From Mytilus trossulus (lineage: Eukaryota), in assembly GCF_036588685.1 (NCBI RefSeq), contig NC_086373.1, positions 7,006,001-7,070,000 of the forward strand: a stretch of 64,000 nt of DNA, given 5' to 3'. Positions within the stretch are counted from its first letter, which is position 1; each line of letters begins with the position of its first letter. The notes below the pieces were generated by a model. The model was not told where the DNA came from. It was given only the letters and a program-made list of their open reading frames with translations, and searched no databases. Position numbers and translations under genes: made by a program. This document shows, piece after piece, positions 28,862 to 43,678 of this stretch.

Positions 28862-30907
28862 TTTTTTAGCCCGTTCATCACTTGGCGTCAATCGTCTGTC
28901 GCCTTCGACGTAAACTATATTTCAAGAATCTTCTCTGAAACTACTGGGGCAAATACCTTCCAACTGAATGTCCTTTATGGTATATTTTTAATACAATGTA
29001 TCAGAAGTTTTGATTCCTCAACAAACATGGCCACCATAGCTAAGAATGGAACATAAATACACGGACGACACTCGGCTAACCGAGAGATTGGTCGGTTACT
29101 CTATATTGAGTATGCGGCTATATCGGCGGTCGGTCTGTTAGTCGGGTTGGTTAAGTCTGTTAATCAGGTGTTATCGAGACAATAATTGCAAGTTCAGTAT
29201 GTTTCATTGTATAACTTTTTAAATATATTTTTGTCATAAAAATCATTAATGTCTGACAAAACAATTCAATATACCGAATACAGTGGTGTAATTACTTTTA
29301 TTCTAGCTTCGATAAACGATCTATAAAATGAAAAGGCGGGTTACCCATCAATTAATTTATACACATTTTAAACACACAAATTGTACACAAAACTACTTGT
29401 GGTTGAATTTACTTGCATGCACTATTTTAAATATAAAAAAGACCGGCATTATGTTTGTTAACCATATTAATATCATTGTGTGAAAAATCTACACGAAAAT
29501 CTGTATTTTGGTGACATTAATCAATTTTCATTAACAACCTGGTCTGTTAATGGGTCGGATGTATAAAACCCGGTCTGTGAATTGGTCTGTCAAGAGTTAT
29601 GAATGGCATTAGTATAATATCATTGCTTTACGGGGAGTTATCGGATCAAATGGTTAGGCTCCAGACGAATGGCTAAAATATACGAAAACAACACATGAAC
29701 AATGAAACATAAATTTAGACAGTGGAAATTACAGGTGTAATATTTAAGTATTATTAATTTCCTCCAAGAATAGTCGCATACATCATGTGGATTCTTTCGT
29801 TGTTATGAATAACACCAATTTGTCACCTGCATTGGTATCAAATATATACATCAGAGATAAATGTCAATTTTATTTTTTTAGAACCCGCGGCAAAGTACAA
29901 TTTGTGTCCTTTAAATGATATCTAAAATTGTTTGTTTTGCCTTTTATTAAACAAATTGCTATGCGTATAAGCATATATACCACATACTTGCGCAACGCCT
30001 TTTAGTTTTACTGAAATTTGCGTAGACTTTGAAATGTTTTTTTACAGATGGAAAATGTTCTTTGATAGATATCATTTTGTCAGACACTTATCTTTTTTTT
30101 TAAAGATAGAGAAACTGTTGACAGCAATAAAGGAGTGATTGCCCTTGAATGACAATTTTTACACAATTTGTCCATGTTTGCTTACATTGAAAAATATTCT
30201 CTGAGACTACTGGGCCTAGTACTTATAATCTTTAACTGGATATTTGTTAAGGAATCTAGTTAATAAATTATATCCAGAGCTTTGATCCATCATCGAACCT
30301 GGCTGCCATGGCGAAAAATAGATTAAAGTGCCAAATGCAGTTTTTTTTTTAGCTTACATCTAAAAAAAAAATAAAAAAAAATAGAGCATTTAGAGCAAAT
30401 CTGACATGATGTTAAAATGTTATATAGGTCAAAATATATCGGCTCGTAAATTTTCAGCCGAATCGAACAACCCATTATTAGGTTATGTCATTACATTGTT
30501 GATTGTAAGGACATTTTTCATTTTTGGATAATCATCTTGAATATTATCGACGATGAAATAAACTGTTTAGAGCAAAAATATTTAGCGAAGTAAGATAAAA
30601 AAAAAAGTTTATATGACCAAACTTGTCAATTGACCAGTCATTGCTCTTTGAAGTCATCTAGTTAGCGTGCCTTACTTTAAAAATCTTTTGCTTTGAAACT
30701 ACTAAATCATTTTGAGCCAATCCTGGGCTGAATGAGTTTCAGAGTATTGCTAGATTTTGTATTTTATTTCCTTGCACGCCAAGAAACATAGCCACTATGA
30801 AATGCTTTTTTTTGTTGCTTTGAAGAAAATTTAAAAGATACAAAGAATATTAGATTTTCAGCAAAAAGTTACAGATGAGCGATTCAGGCTCTTTAGCGAC
30901 TCTTGTT
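28862..30907 (+). mobile_element. Degenerate HINE-like element with nested insertion(s)
   Basis: Starts TTTTTAGC..., repeated CTCTGA(A/G)ACTACTGGG units, ends CAGATGAGCGATTCAGGCTC...CTCTTGTT. Confidence 0.5.
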
Positions 30908-31042
30908 GAGGTGCGAGGCTTAAGAATTGGTCACCTTCTTCCATCTTCAGTTTTTCAATTTCATTTGAATAGACAATACTATTGACCTAGATTTTACAAG
31001 CATCATAGAGGGGGGGATATACACTAAGTTTCTTTTTCTTCG

Positions 31043-31370
31043 TCTAGAAATATTCCAGTAGCGCCTGCATATGAATTCCAAGTTGATACGATATTCAAAA
31101 GCTTACGTTTCCTATCATGGTAAAAGTCATTCATTCGAATGTTTCACAGACGCCGTCACGAGTTAATTAACTGTTTTATTTAATATGGAATATCTATGTC
31201 ACAGATGACCAAACACAATATGTTCCAAACTATTTTAACCACCAAGTCATTGATTGCGGTATCGTCAAATGTGTACTTACCAAAGTAATGCAGCAGATTC
31301 TGCTAGTAAAGCAGGATCTGCTTATACCCTTCTGGAGAACTTGACATCGTCCCCAGTTTTAGATTGGTTA
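31043..31370 (+). mobile_element. Second Penelope-like RT C-terminal relic
   Basis: Broken translation SRNIPVAPAY...LIRYSKA...RRHELIN...YGISMSQM. Confidence 0.55.
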
Positions 31371-31429
31371 GGATTACCCAGTATATGTAGGATTGGGGGA
31401 AATTGTTTATTTTCGACGTCTTTGTTTGT

Positions 31430-33605
31430 TTTTGTCATAACATTGCCATTTTCTCCGTGCGTGTGTATTTTATTTTGCCATTACATTATCAGTTTCTCCC
31501 TACGTGTAAGATTTTGTCATATATATATAAAAAAGAAGATGTGGTATGATTTGCCAATGAGACAACTGTCCGCAAGAGACCAAAATGAAACAGCCATTAA
31601 CATCTATAGCTCACCGTACGGCCTTCAACAATGAGCAAAGCCTATACCGCATATATATATATATATATATATATAGTCATCTATAATAGGCCTCGATATG
31701 ATAATGTAAAACAATTCAATTGGAGAAAACTAACGGCCTCATTTATATATAAAAATGAACGAAAAACAAATATCTAACACATAAACAAACAACAACCACT
31801 GAATTACAGGCTCCTGACTTGGGACAGACACACACTTAAATAATGTGACGGGGTTAAACATGTAAGGCGGGATCCCAACTCTCCCCCTAACCTGGGATAG
31901 TGGTATGACAGTACAACATAAGAACGAACTACTAGTATACAATTCAGTTCGAAAACGCTTAACTCATCAGACGGACAAACATAACGTTGCTAGTTTCTCT
32001 TGCGTGTGAGTTTTTGCCACAACTTTGCAAGTATCTCCCTATGTGTAAGTTTTTGCCATAACGTTATCAGCTTTTTTCTACGTAAATATTTGTTTTACCG
32101 TACCGGTGCCAGGTTGTGAGTTTTTGTCATAAAATAGTCATTTTTCCCTACGTGTGAGTGTTTTCTTGATATTATAACTCCCAACGTAGAAGTTTTGCCA
32201 TTGCATTTCCGGTTGATCCCTACATGCGAGTTTTGCCATATCGTTGCCAGTTTCTACCTACGTGTATTTTTTTGACATAATGTTACCAGTTTCTCCCTAC
32301 ATGCGAGTTTTTCACATAATGTTGCCAGTTTCTCCCTACGTGTGAGTTTTTGCCATAGTTTTGTCAGTTTCTTATGTTAAGACTTTACATACATAAATTA
32401 AGTCGTATAAGAAAAACAAAATTAGTATGTTAAAATTGATGTATGCCTTTTTGTGCTTCGTTGTTACATTTGTTGTTTTTACAGTGATATTAAGATGATA
32501 ACACATTATTGACTGCTGTACCCTTATTTTTTACATTTTTACTCTTTGAGTATGTTTGTTTTGTTCATTCATCGTTGACAATGTAAAGGAATTTGATGCG
32601 ACTGTCATAAAAGTGAGAGGTTTAGCTAGCTATAAAACCAGGTTCAATCCACCATTTTCTACATTAGAAAATGCCTGTACCATGTCAGGAATATGACAGT
32701 TGTTATCCATTCGTTTGATGTGTTTTGACTTTTGATTTTGCCTTTTGATTTTTGATTTTCCTTTTTGAATTTTCCTCGGTGTTTAGTATTTTTGTGTTTT
32801 TATTTTTCCTACGCGTAATTTTTACCATTATAGTGTTATCAGTTCCTCACTAGGTGTGACTTTTTACAAAGAGATGCAAGTTTCTCCCTACGTGTGCGTT
32901 TTGCAATAGTGTTATAAGTTTCTTTCTACTAGGCTTGTGAATTTTGACAAAACGTTATCAGTTTCTTCCTACTTGCAAGGTTGCAATACCGTTGTCAGTT
33001 TCTCTCTACGTTTGAGGGTTGCCATAGCGTTGCCAGTTTCTCCCTACTTATGAGTTTTGCCATAACGTTATCATTTTTTTTCCTACATGTCAGTTTTTCC
33101 ATAGCGTTGCCATCTTTTCCCTACGTGTAAGTTTTGCTATAGCATTATCAGTTTTCCCCTGCATGTGAGTTTTTGCTCTATCGTTGTCGGTTTCTCCCTA
33201 CATGTCAGATTTTGCTTTATCCTTGTCAGTTTCTCCCTACATGTGATTTTTTGCTATATCGTTCTCGGTTTCTCCCTACATGTGAGTTATTGCTATAGCG
33301 TTGTCGGTTTCTCCCTACCTGCCTACATGTGAGTTTTTGCTATACTAGTATATCGTTGTCGGTTTCTCCCTAAATGTGACTTTTGCTATAGTTTCTCCCT
33401 ACGCATGAGTTTTTGTGATGTCGTTATCAGTGTTTCCTATATATTTACGTGTGATTTTTTGCCAAAGCGTTATCAAACCCCCCTACATGTGAGTTTTTGC
33501 TATAGCGTTATCAAACCCCCCTACATGTGAGTTTTTTGCTATAGCGTTATCAAACCCCCCTACATGTGAGTTTTTGCTATAGCGTTATCAATTTTTTCCT
33601 GCGTT
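31430..33605. repeat. Degenerate about 40-bp minisatellite interrupted by two dispersed repeats
   Basis: Recurrent GTTTCTCCCTAC(A/G)TGTGAGTTTTTGC(C/T)ATAGCGTT; interrupted at about 31520-31980 and 32430-32805. Confidence 0.85.
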
Positions 33606-33816
33606 TGAATTAGTATTGAATGTCCTATTGGTATGATCTGCTGCTTCTTGGAATACAGTATTTCAAAACTTTTCAATGTGAATTTCTTGTGATTTCTCCT
33701 TCCCAATCCTGTCAAACTATAATTCAAGAAGTAGTCATTTGTACTTTACATCATGACACTTGAGTCGCACATTGAATTCATTATATGGTTTCTATTTAAG
33801 ATTTTGTAATGTTTGG

Positions 33817-34052
33817 TTTAAGTTACACATTTGTTTTTCGTTCATTTTTTTTATGCAAATAAGGCCGTTAGTTTTCTCGTTTGAATTGTTTTACATTGTC
33901 ATATCGGGGCCTTTTATATCTGACTATGCGGTATGGGCTTTGTTCATTGTTGAAGGCCGTACGGTGACCTATAGTTGTTAAGGTCTGTGTCATTTTGGTC
34001 TCTTGTGGATAGTTGTCTCATTGGCAATCATACCACATCTTTTTTTTTATAT
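33817..34052 (+). repeat. Family-A dispersed SINE-like repeat (representative copy)
   Basis: Related copies in either orientation at about 1543-1720, 4398-5030, 6360-6545, 8889-9134, 27630-28058, 31528-31980, 40960-41310, 45652-45940; shared end TTGTCTCATTGGCAATCATACCACATCTT. Confidence 0.85.
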
Positions 34053-34287
34053 CTACTCTATTTGTTTGTTGGTGAAAAGTTGTCTCATTAACTATCATAC
34101 CAATCTTCTTATTTCTATATTGTGTAAATACTGGTCATAAAAATCTTAAGGGTCGAGTTGTCTTTTAGAATGTTTGGCCATGGTTTATAATTAAAAAAAA
34201 TACAGTTTGTAATCCAACGTTTTGGTAACAGACCAAAATGGCTGGTGATAAAAAGTTGGGCAAATTTATTAGAATAATTACTCCTAG

Positions 34288-34331
34288 CATAGATGTAATA
34301 CCCATATCTATCTATGGGTATTACATCTATG
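34288..34331. mobile_element. 44-bp micro-MITE (P-element-like termini)
   Basis: 19-bp perfect TIR CATAGATGTAATACCCATA, 6-nt spacer, 7-bp TSD CTCCTAG. Confidence 0.8.
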
Positions 34332-34870
34332 CTCCTAGCTAACCGCTTTATGTCTGTATACCTTGAATTTGCATCAACATGTTTTAATGTGCATGTTAAT
34401 TTATTTGTACATGTATCTTTTCTAGTGTACTTTGGTTTAAGAATACATGTATATGAATATAAACATTTATTTATATATGCGTGTGTTTAGATAGACCAAT
34501 AATATAAAATAAAAATATTTGACGCTTTTATATTGAACAAAACTAAGCTTTCTTAGTTTTGAAAATAAAAGATTTGTTACTTTTAAAATTACAAAATCTG
34601 CACTTTTAGAAGTGTAAAGGACATATGTAAACATTTTTGAGAACAAAATAACAAAATAAATAGCAACGTATGGGAAAAAACTTGTACGTTAATGAGACAA
34701 CATTTATGTACGTGTAAACATGGTCTATTAATCATTATGTATGGTACGAATTTGAACTAAAGGTGTTTGTTTACTAGATTATTTCATAAATCCATAATTA
34801 GATATACCTGTATAGTATGTAAAGTATGTCAACACCTATACCTACCACATGATAGATATTATTGGGCAAT

Positions 34871-34973
34871 CCATATAAGGGAACATAGGTATTCCCAAAT
34901 TTGGTATTGATTTCTTACGATATGAGTTTATTTCTTGGAAAACTCCGCCCCTTCGCTTTTCACTGCATAAATA
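34871..34973 (+). promoter_or_regulatory. Actin 4 proximal promoter: two CArG boxes, STAT-type site, GC box, TATA-like
   Basis: CCATATAAGG 34871, CCAAATTTGG 34895, TTCTTGGAA 34932, CCGCCC 34945, CATAAATA 34966. Confidence 0.7.
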
Positions 34974-35023
34974 CGACTGAAATTTCTCACCTATCTTATT
35001 AACCCATTAACTGAAGGTTTTAA

Positions 35024-35200
<177 letters not shown>

Positions 35201-35324
35201 TAATAAAAGTCGAAATTACGAACTACAGAAAAGAAAATCATATGGAAATATCAAGTTGTCTTGTGCAGTACTTAAATTGATTACAGTTCGTAAAAGTTTT
35301 ATCGAGACAACAAATTATGAATAA

Positions 35325-35554
35325 GGGACGACATCAAAAGATCGATGTAGGATAAAAAAACTTAAATCAAATAGTTTGGGGGTAAAGATTCTGCAAGTTT
35401 TGTATATTTAAAATTGATTTTTACATTTAACCCTATCATATGTATAGGTAAATCAATTTTTCCCATATTAAGTTAAGATGAAGGATTGGGGGGTCAGTGA
35501 AAAAACTATGTGAATTAAGTTTTTTATCCTACATTGAACTGTTGATGTCGTCCC
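35325..35554. mobile_element. Tourist/Harbinger-like MITE in the actin 4 intron
   Basis: About 40-bp imperfect TIR GGGACGACATCAA...GTAGGATAAAAAA; flanks TAA/CAA. Confidence 0.75.
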
Positions 35555-36808
35555 CAACATATATAAATTCGATTTATTTTATCAATCTGTTATGATATCC
35601 AGTACAACACCAGGTGTTAATTGTTGAAACTATTATATATGGAAATATTAATGTAATCAAAATACTTTCACGACAATAAGCAAATCATAACGTGAAAAAA
35701 AATACTACATATAAATTTTTCTCACAAAACTAGGCTACAATTTTCGTTTTTCGTCTTATTTCTTCAATTCCTCAGTTTTATTTTCCATCTGAAAGAATAA
35801 AATATGAACAAGAATAACAATTTATAAAGAAGAACAGTTTATTAAATATATAAAGCTGATCGTATGTGTCAAGTTTTAAAAATATACATAAGTTAACTAA
35901 AATAATAAGTGCATGTGGCATATAATTGGGGGCGTATGTCCGTACATCTAGTTATCTTGGGTCATGATCTGTGTACATTGTTCATTAATATCATGTCATG
36001 GTAGATTGCAATAGATTATAACATTATATAATTCATGATTAGTAACATTAATCTAATAAGTATTGATATCGTATTTACATATGATTCAACGGGTTTAATC
36101 AGCACATACCGAATATAGCCTGGGATCCTGGCCAAGTCTGCTCTACGTACCAAACAGTTAGTCATAGACCAACCCTTACGTAGGAAATTAGAACATTTAC
36201 TGATATAAGTCTGAAATCAGTTTCGGACGCCCCAAAATTACAACATTTACTGATATAAGTCTAAAATTAGTTTCGGACGCCCCAAAATTACAACATTTAC
36301 TGATTTAAGTTTCGGACGCCGAAATTTTTAAAGTGTTATTTTTTATAAAATAATCCAGACTTCATTTCTGAAATATTTTTTCTTTGAAATTTAGAATTGA
36401 ACTATTCAAAAAAATATATGTTCCTATACGCAATGTCAATAGTCAGTGTATTGGGATCCTTACTTCTGGTAGAGGTATTCACAGAGAACTCAAAACTGTG
36501 TGAAAAAACACAGAATATAGGTTAGGTAGCAAGTTTCCATTCCTATACACACAGAGTAGGAATGTATTATAGTTTTCAATGGAAAATTCATATAAATCTC
36601 TATTAAGAACTCGTGTGCAGTGGCGGATCCAGGGGGAGGGTTCCGGGAGTTTTGGCCTAAGATAACACATATGAACAACCACACCACATCTTCCTATATC
36701 TAATCTACAAATCAACTCAAATATTTTAAATTAATATGTCTTATTACAAGTACATCATTTCAGTCCGTTAATTTGCAAGATTTTTTATTCCCAAATTATT
36801 TATTTTAG

Positions 36809-37813
<1,005 letters not shown>

Positions 37814-39046
37814 GAAGTTAAGAACTCGGGCTACGTTGCCTCCTAGATCTGTGATATTTGTATGTCGACAGGGATTGTGCAATTTTGTCATACTGTTTTG
37901 TTGAAATAAATATGAAATAAAACCATATGAATAATATATTTTGTGAAATTTTCTCTAATAGGGTTTTAACGTACGAGTACATATTGTAAATAATATACCA
38001 ATGCCTGTCCTTCTTTTTGATCATGTTTCTCAAAAGTACTATTGTTTGAATTTTATTAGGGAGAGTCAATCAAGCTTAAAGTTTCGAAGTTTCGATGACA
38101 TTTTAGGTTTTCGTCAGTTATCCCAAACGGATCGTTGTAAAATTTATGCAATCTATTATCCTTTTAAAATATATTCTTCCCATTGTTTTTGTTGATTTAC
38201 AGATATCTCGTCGTCTAATTTTCGTGTGACACATTCGTTTTAAACACTAGCATATTATATATACATAGCAATATCTGAAGTAAATCAGATCTCGTGTATG
38301 AAACATTGCAAAATTAAGGTTCAATAATACGAACTTTGTATGTATTGTTGTGATTATCCAAAACGTCATTCTCATTTGTATGTGCTGGTCTCAAGTCCGA
38401 AGCCTAAAACAATGCCGTTGTCGGTGATTACTGTCTGCAATACGTTTTCTTGTTTTATTGTTTAATATAAAGGTTGTTTTTCTCATTTGAATTGTTTCAC
38501 TGGCATGCACGTTGTCATGCTGGGCCATTCATGGGTACTGTTGAGGTTAAATAAATTCATTTAAGTGTTGTAATATTTCAACCTAGCATAATATTGTGAA
38601 GGTATTGTATCTATTTACAAGATATTTACTAGACTATACTTCAGCGATTGTATAGTAGATAACCCCCAAGACAAGATAACGATTGTTCAACTCCATGATA
38701 GAGAGGCAACTATTTTTTTCTCTAAATAACTCTGATGTAAATATTTCTCTAAATAACTCTGATGTAAATATTTCTCTAAATAACTCTGATGTAAATATTT
38801 CTAATATGGAGATTTGAACCCTCTAAAGAAGAAGGGGAGACAACCATATAATGTAGTAATAAATATCCAATATATTTAATTTCTGGTTTGTACAGACATG
38901 ATTATTCCAATGACTACAATTGGAATGCTATCATTTTCTTTTAGATAGATAAGATAAGATAAATAATAGTTTATTAAAGCGTCACATATTGATCTACATT
39001 GAAATACATAAAAAAACGTTAACATCATAAAAAAAAGGATCAATAC

Positions 39047-39761
39047 CACAGGCACTTGTTTCTGTCAATGTGGGGTTTACTATCCATACCAGTACCAAAA
39101 AAACACAAGGTAGCTAACGGAAATTTTCAATCTGTTCACTTCAACCAATATTTTTGTAATTTCCTTTGACTTGTTCACGAATAAAAGTACACCAGTCGTT
39201 CGGTAATTGACTTATCTTTACAATGAAACAAATTTCACGTACCTTGAGAATACCCCTCAAACAGAATAACACACTTGAGATGAGAATTATTGACCTTTTT
39301 CCAGACCATTGAATTTGTAAGTACTAAACTTCCGGTTAACTTAGGAAGTGAATATAACTGTGCAATCCCATTGGTCACATTTTTCTGGTTACTGGTAACT
39401 AGTATAAATAAACAGGTAACCAGATGAATTAAACCAATGACATTGCACAGTTATATTCATTTCCTAAGTTAACCGGAAGTTTAGTCCTTACAAATTCAAT
39501 GGTCTGGAAAAAGGTCAATAATTCTCATCTCAAGTGTGTTATTCTGTTTGAGGGGTGTTCTCAAGGTACGTGAAAGTTGTTTCATTGTAAAGATAAGTCA
39601 ATTACCGAACGACTGGTGTACTTTTATTCGTGAACAAGTCAAAGGAAATTACAAAAATATTGGTTGAAGTGAACAGATTGAAAATTTCCGTTAGCTACCT
39701 TGTGTTTTTTTTGTACTGGTATGGATAGTAAACCCCACATTGACAGAAACAAGTGCCTGTG
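39047..39761. mobile_element. Foldback element (arms about 330 bp), 8-bp TSD
   Basis: CACAGGCACTTG...CAAGTGCCTGTG; near-perfect inverted arms; TSD ATCAATAC at 39039-39046 and 39762-39769. Confidence 0.93.
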
Positions 39762-40800
39762 ATCAATACCCAGCCTATAAAGACTTACGAGACACTGTAT
39801 ATACAAATAAAAGCTATAACAGTTATACTGAAGGAAAATGTTTTTTTTTATAAAAAGGCATATTCATGCATTACATGATTTAAATTTTAACTGTCGATAC
39901 AATTGATAATGGCGTCTGCATGTAATATGCGAGGCAACTGAGTGAAAAGAGCAAAAGGCCCATACAAGTCTTAATTGGCCCGCTGTTGTTTTCATGTGGA
40001 CATCGAATCAATGACTATGCTGTAGTTGACTAATGTTTTATTAGGTATCTTTCATAGAAAATTTGAATTTATTAGGAATAAGTTGACAATTTCGGTCATT
40101 TAACCTATGTATAGGCTCTTGCTTTGGTGAACATTAATGTATAAAATTTAGCATGCATTGCAATTACACGAATAAAATTAAGCATTCACTGCATAACAAT
40201 CAATTATACTTTAAAAGTACAATCTCAATCCATAAAAAAATATTTTCTAATAATTAAAATTGACAAATATTTGAAAAGTTTGAAAAGTCAAATAACTAGA
40301 GTTATCTCTCCTTGACTAGACAATGGATAGTAATAGTAATGGGAACAGATACCGCAAATGCCATGTTTTTAAATATACACAAATCAAACCTCTACATATT
40401 TATGGTAAACGAAATTTTTAGAAGGGAGATGTTGAGGCAGAGGGGCTTTTTTTGTGTAAAAAATTTAATGTGACCAATTTTCTAAATGTTGTTCAACAGG
40501 ATAAGTCAAATTCGACTATCACAGAAGAGCTATCAGATGCTTTATAATCAAGTTTGACATACGTATAAACCTTTATTGCTAAGATTTGAAAGTCCTGTGG
40601 TTCTCCCTTCATCAGTTTTTTCCAAAAGAGGCTGAATATTGAAACATATACTAAGTACTCGAAGCAGCGCAATTGGGAATCAGCTTAAAGTTGTCCATGC
40701 GCGTGATTGAGAAGTTATAATGTCATATGTTTTACTTATTATTATATACTGGCTGTACTACTTTTCTTTAGGTCTGTTTGTCTATCGATCGAAATTGTTA

Positions 40801-40844
40801 ATGTCACTGATGAGACTTTTTTAGACGAAACTCGCGTCTGGCGT
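40801..40844 (+). ncRNA. Degenerate second hammerhead ribozyme copy
   Basis: AUGUCA-CUGAUGA-GACU(uuuuu)AGAC-GAAA-CUCGCG-UC-UGGCGU; mismatch in stem II; same downstream flank (AATCCTGGTA) as the 44.1 kb copy. Confidence 0.7.
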
Positions 40845-41312
40845 AAAAATAAAATTTCAATCCTGGTATCTATGATGAGTTTATTTGTTATGTGGATGTA
40901 TGCAAGGGTAATCGCCCACGTTCACTCTTTGTTTGTGTTAGATGTACACATCTGGTTGTATCCATCTGGTGAGTTAAGCCATTTTCAACTGAGCTTTGTA
41001 GTGAGCATTATGTTTTGCTTGAACCGGCACCACTGACTGTCCCAGGTTATAGGAAGAGTTGTTGTATTCAAACGAGTTCAACCCCGTCACAAATTTATGA
41101 GTGTGCCTGTCCCAATGCAAGAGCCCGTAATTCAGTAGTTGTCGTTAGCTGCTGTGTAACATATTTATTTTTGGTTCATTATTTTGTACAAACATTAGGC
41201 CATTAGTTTTCTCGTTTGAATTGTTTCATACATTTGTCATTTTGGGGCATTTGTTTTTTTTAGCTTACTTTGCGGTATTGGCTATGCTCATGGTTGAAGG
41301 CGTACCGTCACG

Positions 41313-42691
41313 CAGGGGCGTAGCTACCCAGAGGCACGACAGCACGTGCATCCACGTCGTTTTCACGACAACAAAAAAAAATAAACAGAAGAGAGAGAGA
41401 GATGAAGTGTTCAATCGGAATCGGACATATAGTGATGCATGTATTATCTAAGACTACTATGGTTATACTATTTGTTTAACTTTCGGAGACTTTTTGTGTC
41501 TTTTACGTCTATCCCGGATATTAGTTTGACAACCTATAGTTACACAAGTGTTGATGAATCTGTTCGAGTCATGCAGAAAAAGAGCATATCTCCCTATAAG
41601 CTAACACACTGTTGCGTGCACATCGATTAGGCATGCAAAAAAGAAATGGCAAAATAAAAATTTATAAATTGAATGTTAAAGGAAACACCTATGTTGTCAC
41701 TTTTTTAATTGATGATATATCATTAAATAACGACATTTGGTTTCAAAATAAAAAAAATAAATATATTGGAGATTGTGACAAAATCGGAAGGTAACTTGTA
41801 TCTTTTACAAGATTTGAATTTGTAATACTCAGTATAAGACATGTAGTTTTGGAGCACGTTTTACAGTGTACATTCAATCAGTTTAGAATGAGATGTACCA
41901 TGCAATCAGCATTATAATTATCAGATCCCTTCGATATCGTTGAAAATATGCCGAGGCGATGTCGTCGAGAGACTACCAGAGCCAATCACACTGCAACCAC
42001 GCCAAAACAGTATTGGAAAGTCTCATTATTCTTTGCGTTCATATATCATATGATAAGGGAACTGGAGAGTGGAGTCGCGTCAATTAAGTATTACCAGAAA
42101 ATCGCTTCTTTGCGCTGTATCTGCTTCTTCATTCGTGTTCAACGGTAGGAAATATCACAAACGAACAAATCTCAACATTTTCTGAGACATACGAAACTGA
42201 CCTGGCATGTAATTTTGACGAATTCAATTGGGAGGTCATTCGATGCCGAACCGTACGCTGGTTTATAACATATCGCGAGTGCTACCATGCCATGATGGAG
42301 ATCTATCAGTGTACTACGTATGTTGAAAACAAATGTACGATCACAATGAACAACGACAGTTACTAGCATTACTGCATATTCATCGGGATTTTAGTGTGAA
42401 TATTGACAAAGTAATAGAGAAGTTTGTTTCTGCCTAGAGCAGATTGTGGACAATTTTAAGTAAATTCTGTATCACAAATATGTGTTGTTTATGTATTACT
42501 CTATTCAGAAGATCACATAGTTTTACATTTTTAAATTTTGTATAAGTCCTATCTACATATAGCTCCATCTTTAAACCGTCCTATGACCGAAAACCGAAAA
42601 AAAACCAACATTTTTCTGCATAATAGGGTCCCAAAAATGTTTCGCATCGGCGGTAGTTGATTCTACATGTTTCATTCTGGGTACGCCCCTG
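41313..42691. mobile_element. Non-autonomous TIR element inserted into a SINE-like repeat
   Basis: Ends CAGGGGCGTA...CCCAG / CTGGGTACGCCCCTG; no clear TSD. Confidence 0.55.
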
Positions 42692-43678
42692 GACTACGGC
42701 CTATGGTTGACCTATATAGTGGATAATTTTTATAAAATATTGAAAATTAGGGGCAATAATTCTTGGTATTCGACTTTGTTGCAGTGAGTTACTGAATTGA
42801 GTATCTATCCGACTTAAAAGATGTATTTGATTCTTTACCATTACTTATTAATGCACAGGTAGTATACATTTGATATTATCATCTTCAATAGTGGACTTGC
42901 AATTGTTATTTATATATGCTTGCACAATAAAATATTTAAACAAGCCTCCCTGACTCACTGCGACAATGAACGATCTACGATTCATCAGATTATTTAATAC
43001 ATCTTGTATGGGATATAATTTGTATAGGCGTGGCGATATTCCTTTGTTTAAATGTGTGTGGGTGATAGGAAGACCATTGTAGTATCATGATTAAGCACAA
43101 GTATTAAAACAGTTTTGCAAAAGTTTGCTTTTCCAGTAAGTGTAAAAGCGAAAAGTAGCTCCATAACCTATCAATATTTTAGCTTATGTTGTTCCTGAAT
43201 TCCTTCAACTTTAAGTATCAATTTTAAGTTATTGGTTACTTAAATTTAAGATATCCTATCGTAGTACTTAATAAGCGAAGGAGGGTAAAAAATCCTTCTG
43301 TTCGGAAAACAATCTTAATTCATATCAGCCAATTTTAAAATACTAATACCTTCAAAATTACAGAGTTGTTTCCCTTATAACAGTAAAACTGATCATGCAC
43401 GATCATGCACTTGGCTTTTACCAAACTCCGTGATACATGTATTTATACTTTAAATAAATTCCTTATTCTTCAATTAAACCGCCTGAGTGGTGTAAATATG
43501 CATGCTCGCAGTCCTAGGTTCGGTGATAGCAAGAACTTCAAATGTGTTGCTTTCCCCCTAAGCAGAGTGTAATTAGGAGTGAGATCACAAAAATATGACA
43601 TTTAATCCTGCAGACTTTGCTACCTTTTAATCTAGCAAATCCGGCTCAGTGTATCGGGATACAATACAAAACGAATTC

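Noticed and set aside
39047-39060. CACAG terminus as a RAG/Transib-like RSS end
   Set aside because: Heptamer is CACAGGC, no nonamer seen, and the TSD is 8 bp rather than 5 bp.
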